From: Neodothiora populina
Taxonomy: Eukaryota
Assembly: GCF_041146345.1 (NCBI RefSeq)
Contig: NW_027191409.1
Coordinates: 124,001-188,000 of the forward strand
Reading direction: 5' to 3'
DNA length: 64,000 bases
The notes under the pieces were generated by a model. It had not been told where the DNA came from. It was given only the letters and a program-made list of their open reading frames with translations, and made no database searches. Below are positions 38,301 to 50,961 of the stretch, piece after piece. The translations under genes were made by a program, and so were the position numbers. Position 1 is the stretch's first letter, and the number at the start of each line of letters is the position of its first letter.

Positions 38301-41300
38301 GTCCTACTTCTCCTGACACGGACGATATGGAAGTGCAAGAAAGGATCGAAGAGCTCCTGCGGGATGGCAAGCAATTTGTCAACGCAGATGACGCCGATGA
38401 TCGCCGGCCATCTAACGTCACCAACGCTGGAAGTGATGGTGGTCATCATATCTCTACAGAGTTCACACCTCAAAACATCTATCATTTCCGCCTCATTGCC
38501 CCACAGATTCAGCTGCAGAGCGAAAAGAACCCAAAGTCAGTCGTCTTGATCGCCGCCAAGGGCATGCAATTCAAGGTCGTCCAGATCATGGACAAGGACA
38601 GAATCATGGATGAGGTCAGCGGTCTCGTACAGCGCAGGTTCTCCGCAAACATGGACAGTCTACAAGTCTTTGTCAGTAGCACCAAGACCTTCTCAACAGA
38701 GTACTTGCACATGTATTCTGGCAACCACTACGGTGGCAAGAAGAATGACTACTGGCCACCATGGGTGCCGTTGGAAGTAATGTTTGAGTTTTCCGTCAAT
38801 CCGTACGGCTTCGACCGTGTCGTCCATCGTACATCTGCCAATCTACGCTACGACAAATACAACAACTTGCGTCTCAAGTACAATGACGACGTCACGGGAG
38901 GTGAAGAGAGCCGTCAGAAACCCACCGAAAACGACGAGTCGCGGCTGGATCACATATGGATTGAATTTCCCCACTTCCGCGCAATCTGCGATTCGCATCA
39001 GTACTATGCCATGTATGTCATTGCGCTGGACCTCCTGCTGTATAGCGAGCCGCTGGAGAAGACGCGCAGTGAGAGATTAGAGAAGATCATGCTCGCGTCC
39101 GATTTTAGTGACTTGAGTGGTGCGCCTGAGATGGTCGAGATGTTGCAGGGCCGTATCCGTCAACTCGAAGACATCAAGATGCATTTCCAGATCAATGAGA
39201 GCCTACTCGATCGTCAGGGCTGGAAAGACCGTATCGCGGTCGATCAAGACCTCGCCAGCTGTGAGGATGAGTTGTTCTTCATCATGAAGGCCATTACGAC
39301 CTCTCAAAGGCGAATCGAAGACCGCAATCAGGACGACTCGTCCTCGCCCGGCATCTTACGCTGGCTGATAGCGTCCAAGGAGATTGCGTGGCATCTCGTT
39401 CGCGATAAAAGCGAGTCTCTTGTCGAGTTCCAGCTTCGAGACGCTCAATTCGCTCGCACGGACAACAACGATGGCTCTAATTACAATTGCATTGAGATTG
39501 GTCGTATCAATGGATTCAATTTGCTACCGAATGCTGTGTATCCCGAGATCATTGCTCCCTACGTCGATCCTGCACGTGGATTCCCCAAGCGACAAGACAT
39601 TGATATGCTGAGGGTTCAGTGGTTGCAACTTGAAGCCATTGCAGGTATCCAGGTTGTCGATTACTTTGAAGTCAACGTCATGCCTTTGAGGGTGCAGCTT
39701 GAGCGAGAAGTCGCCAAGAAGCTCTTCGAATACATCTTCCCCGGAGTCGGTGGCACTGCATTCGAAGGCAGTGTTGCCTCGCCTTTTGCGGCCGGGAAAA
39801 TGTCTCCTACAAAGGAAGAAGACGATGAAGACGCGGATAGCCATGCGGATAGCTCAGATTTGTCGCCGACAAGTGTGGACGACCGCAAAGGCGCTGATCC
39901 CGGAGGAGTGCCGACTGTCACTGGCGATTTGGAACAACGACTTCACCCAACGATGAAGCTGACAGACTCGAAGAAGTCGTCACCAAATGGCAAGAGGACA
40001 GGCCTTGGGGTCGGAAACCTTTCTCACTCAAGTCTTCCTCATTGGAACTTGTTTCACAACAACAAGTCGCAGAACTCGGTGGCTCGAAAGCAAAATGGCT
40101 TCGCTAACTCTCCAAGTAACCTGTCCATGATATCAAAGGCCGGTAGTGACAAGTCATTGGCCCCATCGAACGACAGTGCAAGCGTCTACGAGGAGAGAAA
40201 GCGCCCAGGCACATCGGGTAGCACGCTGCTCCTAAGAAAGAAAGAAAAGGAACAGCCTTCTGATGACTTGACACAAATGATGGACAGAGCATCCAACTAT
40301 ATGACTCTTGCCTATTTCAAGATCCCTAGCACAGTCTTATGCCTGAGTTACAAGGGTCGTGGTACACGAAACATCGAGGATGTGCACGATCTTGTCTTCC
40401 GGTTGCCCACGTTCGAGTACAGGAACAAGACCTGGTCGAACCTTGACCTGGCGCTGCAGATCAAGAAGGATCTCATCAAGGCACTCATCTCTCACACCGG
40501 CGCCATCATCGGCAACAAGTTCAGCCACCACCGCCCATCACGCCAACAAGCCCAAAGCAGGCTCAAGGAGATTGCGAACATGAGTACCCTGCTCAGCATA
40601 CATGACAACGGACCAGATGAGAACGAGGAGCTCAGCCTGTACGAGCAGGATGCCTGGGAGAGCAGATCTCGACTCAGTTTCCAGTCTGGCCGAGCAAGCA
40701 ACCTAGACCGAAGTGTATCGCGAGCATCGTCGTCCAATTCGAACCCGCTGCGCAAAACTGTCAGCAGCAGTCGCTCCCTCACACCGGGTGTAACGCCACT
40801 GAACGAGTCACATGAGGTACTCGCTGCAAATGGGGGTCTCAACGGGCATAATACCGACGAGCTTCGTCCCCACACCCATGCTGGCGAGACTAGTGGGCAC
40901 GGGCACTCGCACATGCATGATAGTGACAATCATCACCACCATGAGATGTTGATCGGTCCGCCTCCAGGATTATGGAGTGTCGATAAGGATGTGAGTGCAC
41001 GACAATGTCCGCCCGCTATTGTCGATATATACTGACCGTTCTTCCAGCCATCACGAAACAGGAGCGCATCAATAGGCCATCGCTTCTCCATCATGGGCCA
41101 GAAACTGCGGCAGAGTGCAGAGAACGCGGCCGCCGAGGATAACGATGACAGGTAAGCAAGCAAGCAAGCAATGAAGATCTCTGTCTGTGCAAGCTTTACT
41201 AACACAAAATCTCCTCGCCGCAGCAGCAGCAATATCAGCAAAACGAAGAGCAAGCTCCTCGCAGGCGGGCAGAAGCTTCTGAACAAGCTCCCGCATAGCA

Positions 41301-41317
41301 ACAAATCAGACGGCTAG
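32306..41317 (+). CDS. FMP27: Bridge-like lipid transfer protein FMP27/Hobbit (BLTP2), about 2,950 aa (introns 40991-41047, 41152-41223)
   Basis: N-terminal TM anchor, LRDYPLP, GFWDK and WPPW motifs, C-terminal APT1-like region (PSTVLCLSYKG...YRNKTWS). Confidence 0.93.
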
Positions 41318-41729
41318 ACGAACTTTCGCCCGTGGTTTGGCAACAATAACAACACTTACCGGTAGTAGTGTTTCTCATAATCCCAGATAAGATCTTGACG
41401 ACCACGAATCACATTTTAGCGCTTTCCATCGATTCGTCAACGGAAGGCTGCTTTCCAGCAAGATGAAGAAAGATACACTAATCGGAGTCTGGTGGACGTA
41501 CAGTATCAGTCACGGCATCCTCCCGGAGTATTTAAGGACGACTTGAAGTTTTGGGGGGAAAGGAGAGGAGCAGTGGGGTTTTTTCCCTTTCGCTTCAGCT
41601 TGGCACTTTGTCTTTGGTATTACTTGTTTTTGTCGTTTTGCTTCTTGGATTTCTTCTCCTCTGCGTTCACTGCTTCTCTCTTCTTGTCTTGCTCCCTCTT
41701 GTCTGTCTATTTCGCGATGGTTGTTCAGA

Positions 41730-41753
41730 AAGAGAGAGAGAGAGACAGAGAGA
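41730..41753. repeat. (AG)n microsatellite
   Basis: Dinucleotide run downstream of FMP27. Confidence 0.85.
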
Positions 41754-41942
41754 GCGCGCGAAAGACACGAGGCAAAAGACCTTCCAGAGACATTGCTTCA
41801 ATACCTTTTTTTCTCTATTTACTTCATAGATGATGGTGTCGTAAATGTATATGTATGTATTCGATTCAAACCGCAGAGTCTTGGAGCATACCTTATCCAA
41901 AGTACCAGAGCATAGCATATCATAGCAGAGCACCTCCTAAGT

Positions 41943-41985
41943 AGCAGAAGCAGAAGCAGAAAGCAGAAGCAGAAAGCAGAAGCAG
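41943..41985. repeat. (AGCAGA/AGCAGAA)n short tandem repeat
   Basis: About 6-7 imperfect units. Confidence 0.8.
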
Positions 41986-42944
41986 GCAAGGGCCATCCAT
42001 GTGAAAGGGTATGCATTCCCTTTTCGCTACCACAGATGATCAAAGGAAGAGGGTCAAGCTCAACGTCAAGCTACTTTAATGTTCGATCCAATCGATGCAT
42101 TCTTTTCCACTTGTAATGCCGACTGAGCTATTGATGCTTTGTGCCGCGTTGATACATCTATTCATTTCACTACAGGTAATATTCTCATGCCTACATCGAT
42201 CAGTTCGAATCGGTAATCAGTAGTAGCGATGGAGCGTAAGATGACAGGGCGGGAAGTAACACTGCCGCGTAGCCGTCTCATCAGTCGTTCTAGCAAAAAT
42301 AACCCTGCTATCACCAATCAGCTGTAGGGCGTGTGAAATACAGTGACAGAGCCCACGCGCAAGTCAATGTTGTTGTGTAGCGCTCGAGCGGGGTGCTTTG
42401 AGAGAGATGAGTTGGAGGTTTGATAATTAGTCGTAAGGCGTGCGTCGATGCTACTGTATACCGTGTAGCGTTCTGTTTAGCTACTTCCCCGAGGATAGTC
42501 GAGGATCAATGATCAATGGTAGGACGTGCGTGAGACGGTAGGGCGTGGCTGACACTTGTTGACAGCAGGCCGATTCATCCACAATCATGCTACCTACGAT
42601 ATAGCACCCGCGTGGCCTATCCAGAGGTGCGATGGACGATGGTCGGAATTCGTTCCGCAGGCGGTCAGCCCAAAGAAGAAGGTGGTTGTAGGGTCGCATC
42701 GCTAGGGGAAATAATACCACCACCTCCATCCTTCTCAATTCGAAAGACGCATCAGGATACTGTATCTGGGTAATAGAGGTTTAGCAGGTGATGTAACAGA
42801 GCAATTGCTGAATTTGATTAGATTTCTAGCGAGTACGTATCCTCCTCCTTTCTACCTTGATCCAAGTCACTACCCCTCCAAGACTCACTGAGCATTATCC
42901 AAGTCTTGTCCCGAGGTTACTTATTCTTATATCCCGCCTGCTAG

Positions 42945-44729
42945 ATGTACAGTCGTTTCCGCAGACCCATACACTCACCATCTCGCTGCTTCACCGCATC
43001 CCGCAAAGCATCACTCCCTACCACTACTCGGTCCAGCACCAGCGCAACAACCGCAACAATGGCCACTCCCCCAAGCAAGCACTGCGACAACGCCACCACG
43101 ACTGGCCCAGTAACAGACGAACGACCCGTGCCACCCCTAGGCATGACGGCCTCAGCCTTCAGCACCGCGGCCTCATCCTCCATATCCGAAATAACAGCCT
43201 ACTACAGCACCCTCGCGTCGCGCCCCGTCCTCCCCTCCATAAAACCCGGCTACCTCGGGCCTCTCCTGCCCGCCTCCCCGCCGTCGCACAGCGAGCCCTG
43301 GGCGGCGATCCAAGCAGACATCGAAACCAAGATCATGCCGGGAATAACGCACTGGCAGTCGCCCAACTTCATGGCCTTCTTCCCGGCCTCGAGCACCTAC
43401 CCTGGCATCCTGGGCGAGATGTGGAGTGCGGCGCTCACGGCGCCGGCGTTCAATTGGCTTTGTAGCCCTGCTGTCACGGAGCTCGAGACGATTGTGCTGG
43501 ATTGGGTCAGGGAGATGTTGGGGTTGCCTGAGGGGTTCGCGAGTAGAGGCACGGGAGGCGGAGTGGTGCAGGGGAGTGCGAGTGAGGCGGTCGTTACCGT
43601 GCTTGTTGCTGCTAGGGAGAGATATATTCGGCGTATGGTGGCTAGGGAGGAGGGGTTCGAGGGGCTGAGTGAGGAGGACAAGGAGGATAGGCTTTGTGAG
43701 TTACGGGCGAAGTTGGTCGCGATGGGCTCGACGCAGGCGCATTCGTCTACGCAGAAGGCGGCGAATATTGCCGGCGTGCGGTTCAGGAGCATTGATGTCA
43801 CGAGCGAGAATAATCTCGCGCTTACGGGCAAGGAACTACGCGCCAAGATTGAGGAACTGAAAGCAAAGGGCCTCGAGCCGTTTTATTTGACTGCTTCGCT
43901 AGGAACTACGAATACCTGCGCCGTCGACGATTTTGCCTCCATCGCTGCCGTCAAGAAGGACTATCCTGATATCTGGATCCATGTCGATGCCGCTTACGCC
44001 GGCGCTGCGCTCGTGTGCGAAGAGTGGCAGCATCTCGCGCGACAGATGGCCGAGTTCGACTCGTTTGACATGAACATGCACAAGTGGCTCCTGACCAATT
44101 TCGACGCCAGCTGCTTGTTTGTACAGAACAGAAAGGACTTGACCGATGCATTGAGCATCACGCCCGCATACCTGAGGAACGCCTTTTCCGATCAGGGTCT
44201 GGTGACAGATTACCGCGACTGGCAGATTCCATTGGGTAGAAGATTCCGCGCACTCAAGATCTGGTTCGTCATCAGAACGTGGGGTGTCGAAGGACTGAAG
44301 GCGCATATTAGACATCACATGAAGCTGGGAGAACTTTTTGTAAATCTGGTCAAGAGTCGCTCTGATCTTTTCGACATCTTGGTTCCGCCAGCCTTTGCAT
44401 TGACAGTGTTGACGATCAAGCCAAAATCGAGACAGCCGTCAGAGAACAAAGCATTAGAAAACGCAGCGGATCCTCGGGCATACGAAGACCAGAACGTGCC
44501 TGTTGTCCCCAAGCAATCCGAGGCGAAGCTCAAAGAAGCCAACGAGGTGACCAAGGAGGTCTATGCCCTCATTGACTCCAGGAAAGAAATATTCCTGACC
44601 AGCAGTGTCGTGGGCAGTGTCAATGCCATCCGCGTCGTCAGTGCCAATCCATTGGCCAGCCAAGAAGGAATCAGAAAGGCCTTTGACATCCTCGTTAGAA
44701 CAGCAGAAGAAGTACTGGCAGGCAAATGA
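42945..44729 (+). CDS. Aromatic-L-amino-acid decarboxylase (group II PLP-dependent)
   Basis: IMPGITHWQSPNFMAFFP, SPAVTELE, GGGVVQGSASEA, HVDAAYAG, NMHKWLL (PLP lysine), YRDWQIPLGRRFRALK. Alternative starts at 43059 and 43143. Confidence 0.95.
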   Translation: MYSRFRRPIHSPSRCFTASRKASLPTTTRSSTSATTATMATPPSKHCDNATTTGPVTDERPVPPLGMTASAFSTAASSSISEITAYYSTLASRPVLPSIKPGYLGPLLPASPPSHSEPWAAIQADIETKIMPGITHWQSPNFMAFFPASSTYPGILGEMWSAALTAPAFNWLCSPAVTELETIVLDWVREMLGLPEGFASRGTGGGVVQGSASEAVVTVLVAARERYIRRMVAREEGFEGLSEEDKEDRLCELRAKLVAMGSTQAHSSTQKAANIAGVRFRSIDVTSENNLALTGKELRAKIEELKAKGLEPFYLTASLGTTNTCAVDDFASIAAVKKDYPDIWIHVDAAYAGAALVCEEWQHLARQMAEFDSFDMNMHKWLLTNFDASCLFVQNRKDLTDALSITPAYLRNAFSDQGLVTDYRDWQIPLGRRFRALKIWFVIRTWGVEGLKAHIRHHMKLGELFVNLVKSRSDLFDILVPPAFALTVLTIKPKSRQPSENKALENAADPRAYEDQNVPVVPKQSEAKLKEANEVTKEVYALIDSRKEIFLTSSVVGSVNAIRVVSANPLASQEGIRKAFDILVRTAEEVLAGK

Positions 44730-44941
44730 TCCGAGAAGATTATGCTACAGCCACCCTTTGTGTTTCGTTCAAAAGATTCCCGGTTATTATACTGCGAGCC
44801 CCTTTTCCGGTAGTGCAGGACAGCGCAGACTGCCGCATGTCCCAGTAATCGGAAACCAATAAAATGTCAGACAACACCATAGAGATCCTGTAATATACGA
44901 GTCGAAGAATATTACGAGAAATGACAGCAACTCCAGGTCGC

Positions 44942-45859
44942 TCAGTCCTCAGGAAGTCCCACTTGCATAAAGTCGATTGCGACCAAGGTATAAATCTTGA
45001 CCAGAGAAAAGAAATCTTCGGCATCCACTAGGTCCTGTTGACCTTCGGCAAGACCTTGAGATGAAGACTCTACTGTCATGCCATAAGAATAAGTAGGGAT
45101 GTCAAGATCGCGCCAACGGTCGCAATAACCCGATTGGGTGGCGGAGATGAAGTCAACACTGATTCCAGCGACTTCTTTTGCACGTCGTCGCACCGCTTCT
45201 TCGAGCGGGTGTTGCGGTTCGGCGACACTGCGTTCGCCTGTTTGCAATTTGCTAAGTGAGGTAGGTGACGAGGCGAGGACGCAATCTCCGCGAAAGAGCC
45301 GGCGTCGCTCGTCCTCATGCAAGAGGTACAGTAGATTTCCTGCTGTGCCAGTTGGATTCTCCGACAAAACGATCAACGTGATGGAACCTTTGATGAAAGA
45401 CTGATTGGCATGCAGACATGCGAATGCTGCGACTATTGCTGCTGTACTAGCCTTGACAGCGAGGGGCGATGTTCTATCTCGAGGATCTTGGTTCAAGTCA
45501 CTGACCGAGATGTCGTGACTTACTGGTGGGTTTTCTGGTGACACAGGAAGGAAAGCATTCATGACAAGATTGGGACCGTCCGAGTCTCCGACGACGAGAG
45601 CCGCCATGTTCGGTTGGTGCTCATATCTTAGTATCGGCAACGTGCGGATACCGTGTTGCGATAGAAATGCCTTGATGACATCGGCAGAAGCAGTCGTTGC
45701 ATGCGCTGCATCTTGGACACGAAGAAAGGAATCAAGGAAGCGCAGGAAGTCATTCCTCGCGGGATCGATGGAAGTGAGTATGTTATGATGTGGTTGCTTT
45801 TCTTTAATGGCAATTGTGACGTTTTCATGCATCATGGGACGCATTGACAGATGTGGCAT
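44942..45859 (-). CDS. Degenerate M20 (ArgE/DapE-like) peptidase-fold protein, probable pseudoenzyme, 305 aa
   Basis: Order of elements matches M20: FLRFLDSFLR, GPNLVMN, KASTAAIVAAF, KGSITLIVLSE, GDCVL, CDRWRDLDIPTYSYG. Catalytic motifs are degenerate. Confidence 0.7.
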   Translation of the reverse strand: MPHLSMRPMMHENVTIAIKEKQPHHNILTSIDPARNDFLRFLDSFLRVQDAAHATTASADVIKAFLSQHGIRTLPILRYEHQPNMAALVVGDSDGPNLVMNAFLPVSPENPPVSHDISVSDLNQDPRDRTSPLAVKASTAAIVAAFACLHANQSFIKGSITLIVLSENPTGTAGNLLYLLHEDERRRLFRGDCVLASSPTSLSKLQTGERSVAEPQHPLEEAVRRRAKEVAGISVDFISATQSGYCDRWRDLDIPTYSYGMTVESSSQGLAEGQQDLVDAEDFFSLVKIYTLVAIDFMQVGLPED

Positions 45860-47612
45860 CGTCGAGGGAAAACTGCCAGCAGCAACTAAAACATCCAGGC
45901 AGGTTAAAGAGGAAGACCGGCTGGTAATCCACAGTTGAGTTGTCTTCGTCTTCAAGGGTTCTTGCTGGAGAGAAAGTTTCGAGTGAGAGAATGGGCAGAC
46001 ACTATAATGTCTGCGCAGGAAGCTTCTACGTTGCGCAATGATGCAAATGTATTGGACAGCGCCACATCTCCTCGGCAAATCGGAGTATTGGGAATTGGAC
46101 CTAGCAGTTCCATATTGAAAATTAATCAAGAAGTCCCCTACAAAAACACCATGCAACCGGTGCTTGTACTTAGGGGAAAATGTTAGTTGAAGCTCTTAGC
46201 CGTATAACAGTGTAAGCTTACGGCGGGGAGGAACGCGATTGGTCATAGAAGCTCCGGAGCACTACAACCAAGTCCATGGATTGATCTTACATGATGCCCC
46301 TTCCTGTCGGCTCTTGTATTTATTCGTCAGTGCCGTCGGTACATGGGATTTCTTTACCGTGAAGCCGAGGTGGAATGCTGAATCGCATAGCAGCGTTGCC
46401 GGTAATCATGGGAATCTGTACGAATCGCATGTAACCATATTCCGACCACATGCGAGACGTCTATTTTCTTTCTGAGCTATCCGATCAGAAGGCTGACGAC
46501 TCGCTCGTCATCGCCATTATCCGTCCTTCTCCGCAGAGGGGTATGTTATACAATGAGAAAATGATCTCATGTCAGTAAAGAGGACAAGTTGTTGCAAGCC
46601 TGAAAGGCAGTGTAGGCTCCCAAAACTACAGTGCATATGTAGCGCCGCCGCGGATGATTACACTTGCGGGTACTCTAACGCAAGCGCATAAATTTCGCCA
46701 AAGCTCGTAAAGTCGTACCGCTTACCATGTAGATGCAAGTTTCCAAAAGTGTATCGAGGGACCATGTGTGAGAAATCATGATGGTAAGCGGCTGCCAAGC
46801 GCAGGTGATTCACCTGTTCTGCAGTCCCTTCAGCAGAGGGTAACGGGCGAAATTGATCTCGTCATCTTTGTGGACATGTACCGAGGAATACGTGCTGCTG
46901 TCATGCCACATTGGTATCTGTCAGCCGCTGGGCCTCGGGGAACTTGGAAAAGCGCTTAAAAAGAGGTCGAGAGGTGATGGCGTTCATCGAGAATCCGATA
47001 TGCCGGGCTGAGATCGAGTACAGTACACTCTCTGGCTTTGTAGACGCGTGAGCACTACAATAAGTAGATAGTCCGTGGATCGTACAGCATCATGCGTACA
47101 ATATATCGATATGTTGTGTCAAGTTCATCGTGTTTGCTAGATGTAACTTCTCATATTACTTTATATGACTGTCGCCGTGGTTCTGGTGATTGTCGCAGAC
47201 AGCGAGCACATTGAGCTCGCGTGCCAATGTTGTTCTTACATGCTGTCAGGACGTCTACGACACTCATCGATGTGTCCGGTGCATACAGGGTCGCACGTTT
47301 GATACACTACGACTTTTTAGACAGGAGTGTGATCCCCGTTTGTACGACAGGACAAGATGGGATCGTGAATGTTACGGCAGACCAAAAAAGCCAGTCGCGC
47401 AATACCGATGACGATGGCCGCGGGCGGAGCAGCTGCCACCTCCGAACACTGAACCCTACATACCGTATTCACAAGACCAAGAATCAAGGCACATTAATAC
47501 CTATCAACTGTAGATAATCTGACCAGCCCAAGCTAGTGTTCCTAAGATACAGTCGTTATTGCAGACGCGACACAATCTTGACTTCCCAACATCTCATGAT
47601 AAGTAAGACAAG

Positions 47613-50508
47613 ATGAGTGGGAGGTTGCTGACCTCACGGGTCGCCCCTCTTGCCAGGACAGCCTCCCTGGCTACACTACGTTCACCATATCACACCGCAA
47701 ACCGAGCAGGGGGTTTATTATCACGATCCAGTAATGCAAGATGGACGCATCTCCGTCTGTTCTCGCTTGGCAGCAATGCTGCTCAGAGCGTGCCAGCGGT
47801 CAGGCACGCGTCGTTTGCCAGAGCGATACCCAAGCTGGCCATGAAGTTTATCCGGGTACCTGCCATGTTTGGTGCCATGGCCATTAGTGCGCTTGCCTAT
47901 ATTCAATATCAGGCAGCGCAAGCAGGAACATATGCCATCGATCTCTTTGGACGGGCAAAGGATACCGCAACGACGGGCGCTCGATCCATATTTGATGGCG
48001 CCAACAGTATTTATGATCAGACCAGGCTTGGCTGGGAGAAGACAAAAGACAGTGTGGGCTTGCCTGAGTGGATGCAAGGCATTCTTTCCAAGGAAGGAGG
48101 CGAAGGCGGTGGTGATGGCGGTCCTGATGGTGGCCCTGAACGTCCTCAGAAGCAAGAGTCTCGAGCTGGAGCTGCCACGGCAGGTGCTGCTACAGCTGCC
48201 GCATTCGCTCTTGACAGCGATGGTGAAGAAGATGATAGGGACGGCGAAACTGCCGCCAGGGACGACCAGATGATGCTGTTGACTCGGAAGATGATTGAAA
48301 TCAGATCGCTTTTGCAGACTGTCGGTCAGTCGGAAACATTAACGTTGCCGTCTATCGTTGTCATCGGCTCTCAGTCGTCTGGCAAGAGTTCGGTGTTGGA
48401 AGCCATTGTTGGTCACGAGTTCTTGCCCAAGGGCTCCAACATGGTCACGAGGAGGCCCATCGAGCTGACACTGGTCAACACTCCTGATGCTCACGCTGAA
48501 TACGGCGAGTTCCCTGCCCTTGGCCTAGGGAAAATCACCGACTTTTCGCAGATTCAAAAGACCTTGACAGATCTGAACCTGGCTGTACCAGAGGCAGACT
48601 GTGTCTCTGACGATCCCATCCAGCTCCGCATTTACTCTCCTACCGTTCCGGATCTGTCCCTCATCGACCTCCCTGGCTACATTCAAGTCACAGGTTACGA
48701 CCAGCCCACTGAGTTGAAGCAAAAGATCTCGGAACTGTGTGACAAATACATTCAAGCCCCGAATATCATTCTGGCAATTTCAGCTGCCGATGTCGATCTT
48801 GCGAACTCGACTGCTCTTCGCGCTAGTCGTCGCGTCGACCCTCGTGGTGAGCGAACAATTGGCGTCATCACCAAGATGGATCTCGTCGACTCATTACGCG
48901 GCGCTGCCATTCTCGCTGACAAGAACTACCCGCTCCGTCTGAGTTATGTCGGCGTGGTGTGCAAGGTCCCACAGCAACACAACTCGCTCTTCTCTCGCGG
49001 CTCCGCAAACATCACCTCTGCCATCACCAAGAATGAGTCCGCATACTTCTCGTCGCATCCTGAATCTTTCGGGCCCGCTACTGATGTCACCGTCGGCACC
49101 CCCAATCTCCGCAAGAAGTTGATGCACGTGTTAGAAGCGACAATGTCGGCTTCTTTGGCATCGACTGCTGAAGCCATCCATCACGAACTCACAGAGGCAA
49201 CTTATGAATTCAAGGTTCAATACAACGAGCGTTCGCTGTCGGCAGAGTCATACCTCGCCGAAAGCTTGGATGCCTTCAAGCATTCCTTCCGTGCCTTCAC
49301 CGAGACATTCGGCAGGGCACAATTACGTGAGATCCTCAAACACGAACTTGATCAACAAGTTCTGAATCTGCTTGCTCAGCGATACTGGAACCGACCTATC
49401 GAAGACCTGTCGCCCCTTGAGGGACAAGGACTCGTCGACACTCTGGCAGCTCTACCCAAGGCCACTGCTGAAGAGGCAGACACTCTTTGGCGATTGAAGT
49501 TAGATGCGAGCACTGCCAGCTTGACCAAGCTTGGTATCGGACGTCTAGCGACGACCGTTGTCGCAGGCAACCTCGCCGCTCAAGTCGATCGTCTGATCGC
49601 CCACTCCACGTTTTCTGCACACCCATTCGCCCGCACCGCCATTACCCAAGCCTCAAATGCCATCCTTCAGGATCTATCGTATGATACTTCGGATGAACTT
49701 GAGATTTGCGTGAAACCATACAAGCACCGCATCGATATCGAAGACTCCGAATGGGCACGCGGACGGGAGAACGTGACTAATACTCTCAAGGGCGAACTAC
49801 GGGATTGTGAGAACGCAGTCAAGACTGTCGAAATTGAGATGGGCGGCAAGAAGAAATTCCGAGATGTCGTGTCCTTCATCGACAGGGTGCGAAAAGGCGA
49901 GATCATTCTCGAAGGCAACAGCGGAGGCGGCGCAGGCGGATTCAGCGCTGCCCTGCTCGCCAAAGGAAGAGAAGCCGCGTTCCTGCGCGACAGAGCCGAC
50001 ATCCTGCGCATGCGTCTAATGGCCATAAAGAGCAAACAGTGCGCCAGCAAGAAGAACAAGTTCTACTGCCCTGAGATTTTCCTAGACGCAGTGGCCGACA
50101 AGCTAACCACGACGGCGGACTTGTTTCTTGACGCCGAGCTGTTGTCCAAGTTTTTCTACCAGGTACACGTTCTTCCTTTTCTTCCCCTGACCCTCCGTCT
50201 CAGAAAGTCACTGACCCATAAAACAACAGTTCCCCCGAACCCTAGACTCAAGATTCCGCTCCCTGACCCCGCAACAACTCGAGCAATTCGCGCGCGAAGA
50301 CCCCAAGATCCGGCGTCACCTGGACGTCGTGCACCGCAAGGAACTGCTCGAACACGTGCTCAAGGAAATGGAAGCGCTGCGAGCACTCGAGGCGCGCGAG
50401 AAGAGACATTCCAACGTCCGGTCTTCCGGCGGTCCGTCGTCAAGAGGTGGTGCAGGAGAGGAGAGGAAGAGAGCTAATAGCGGTAAGGGCGGGTGGGGAT
50501 TGTTTTAG
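47613..50508 (+). CDS. MGM1: Mitochondrial dynamin-like fusion GTPase (intron 50163-50229)
   Basis: LPSIVVIGSQSSGKSS, MVTRRP, DLPG, TKMD; presequence plus TM segment; last exon FAREDPKIRRHLD...GWGLF. Confidence 0.96.
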
Positions 50509-50930
50509 TGTTTTCTTCTGTCTCTTCGTGTTGCTATACATACCCAACAAGCTAGAGATCCATGACCGTCCTCTGCTCTTCTGTTTGTATTTTTTTCTCT
50601 CTGGAGGATGAGGGTGTGCACTGGCAAGGATAAACAAATGTCTCTCTTCTCTGCTCTTTTCTGGTTTCGGTTTCTCATGGCTTCATAACTTGACCGTTAC
50701 ATATCTCAACTCCTGCTAGTCACGTCGCATCGACTGCTAAGCCAGATAGTCGATTCATATGAATTCCATCGAGAGGCGGAAGTATCACTAGTAATTAGTT
50801 CTTATCCTATGGGTGCATTTTCGATCTGATCTACTCTACTCTACTCTATTGACTCCAGTCTTGTGCCCCAGTCTAGAAATCACCACCAGCCGAGAAGCAT
50901 GGAGAAGAAGCGAAGTCTTTCCTGATTTCC

Positions 50931-50961
50931 GTCCGTCGTCGTCGTCGTCGTCGTCGTCGTC
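50931..50961. repeat. (GTC)n microsatellite
   Basis: About 9 GTC units, intergenic. Confidence 0.9.

Noticed and set aside
45860..46156. Upstream extensions of ORF-track calls (M20 404 aa; also TDP1, CUL4, kinase, CSL4)
   Set aside because: Extensions start at non-ATG codons or look non-coding; downstream ATGs fit the families better.
42945..47600. Secondary-metabolite cluster around the decarboxylase
   Set aside because: No PKS/NRPS, P450, methyltransferase, transporter or cluster regulator nearby; flanks are FMP27 and MGM1.
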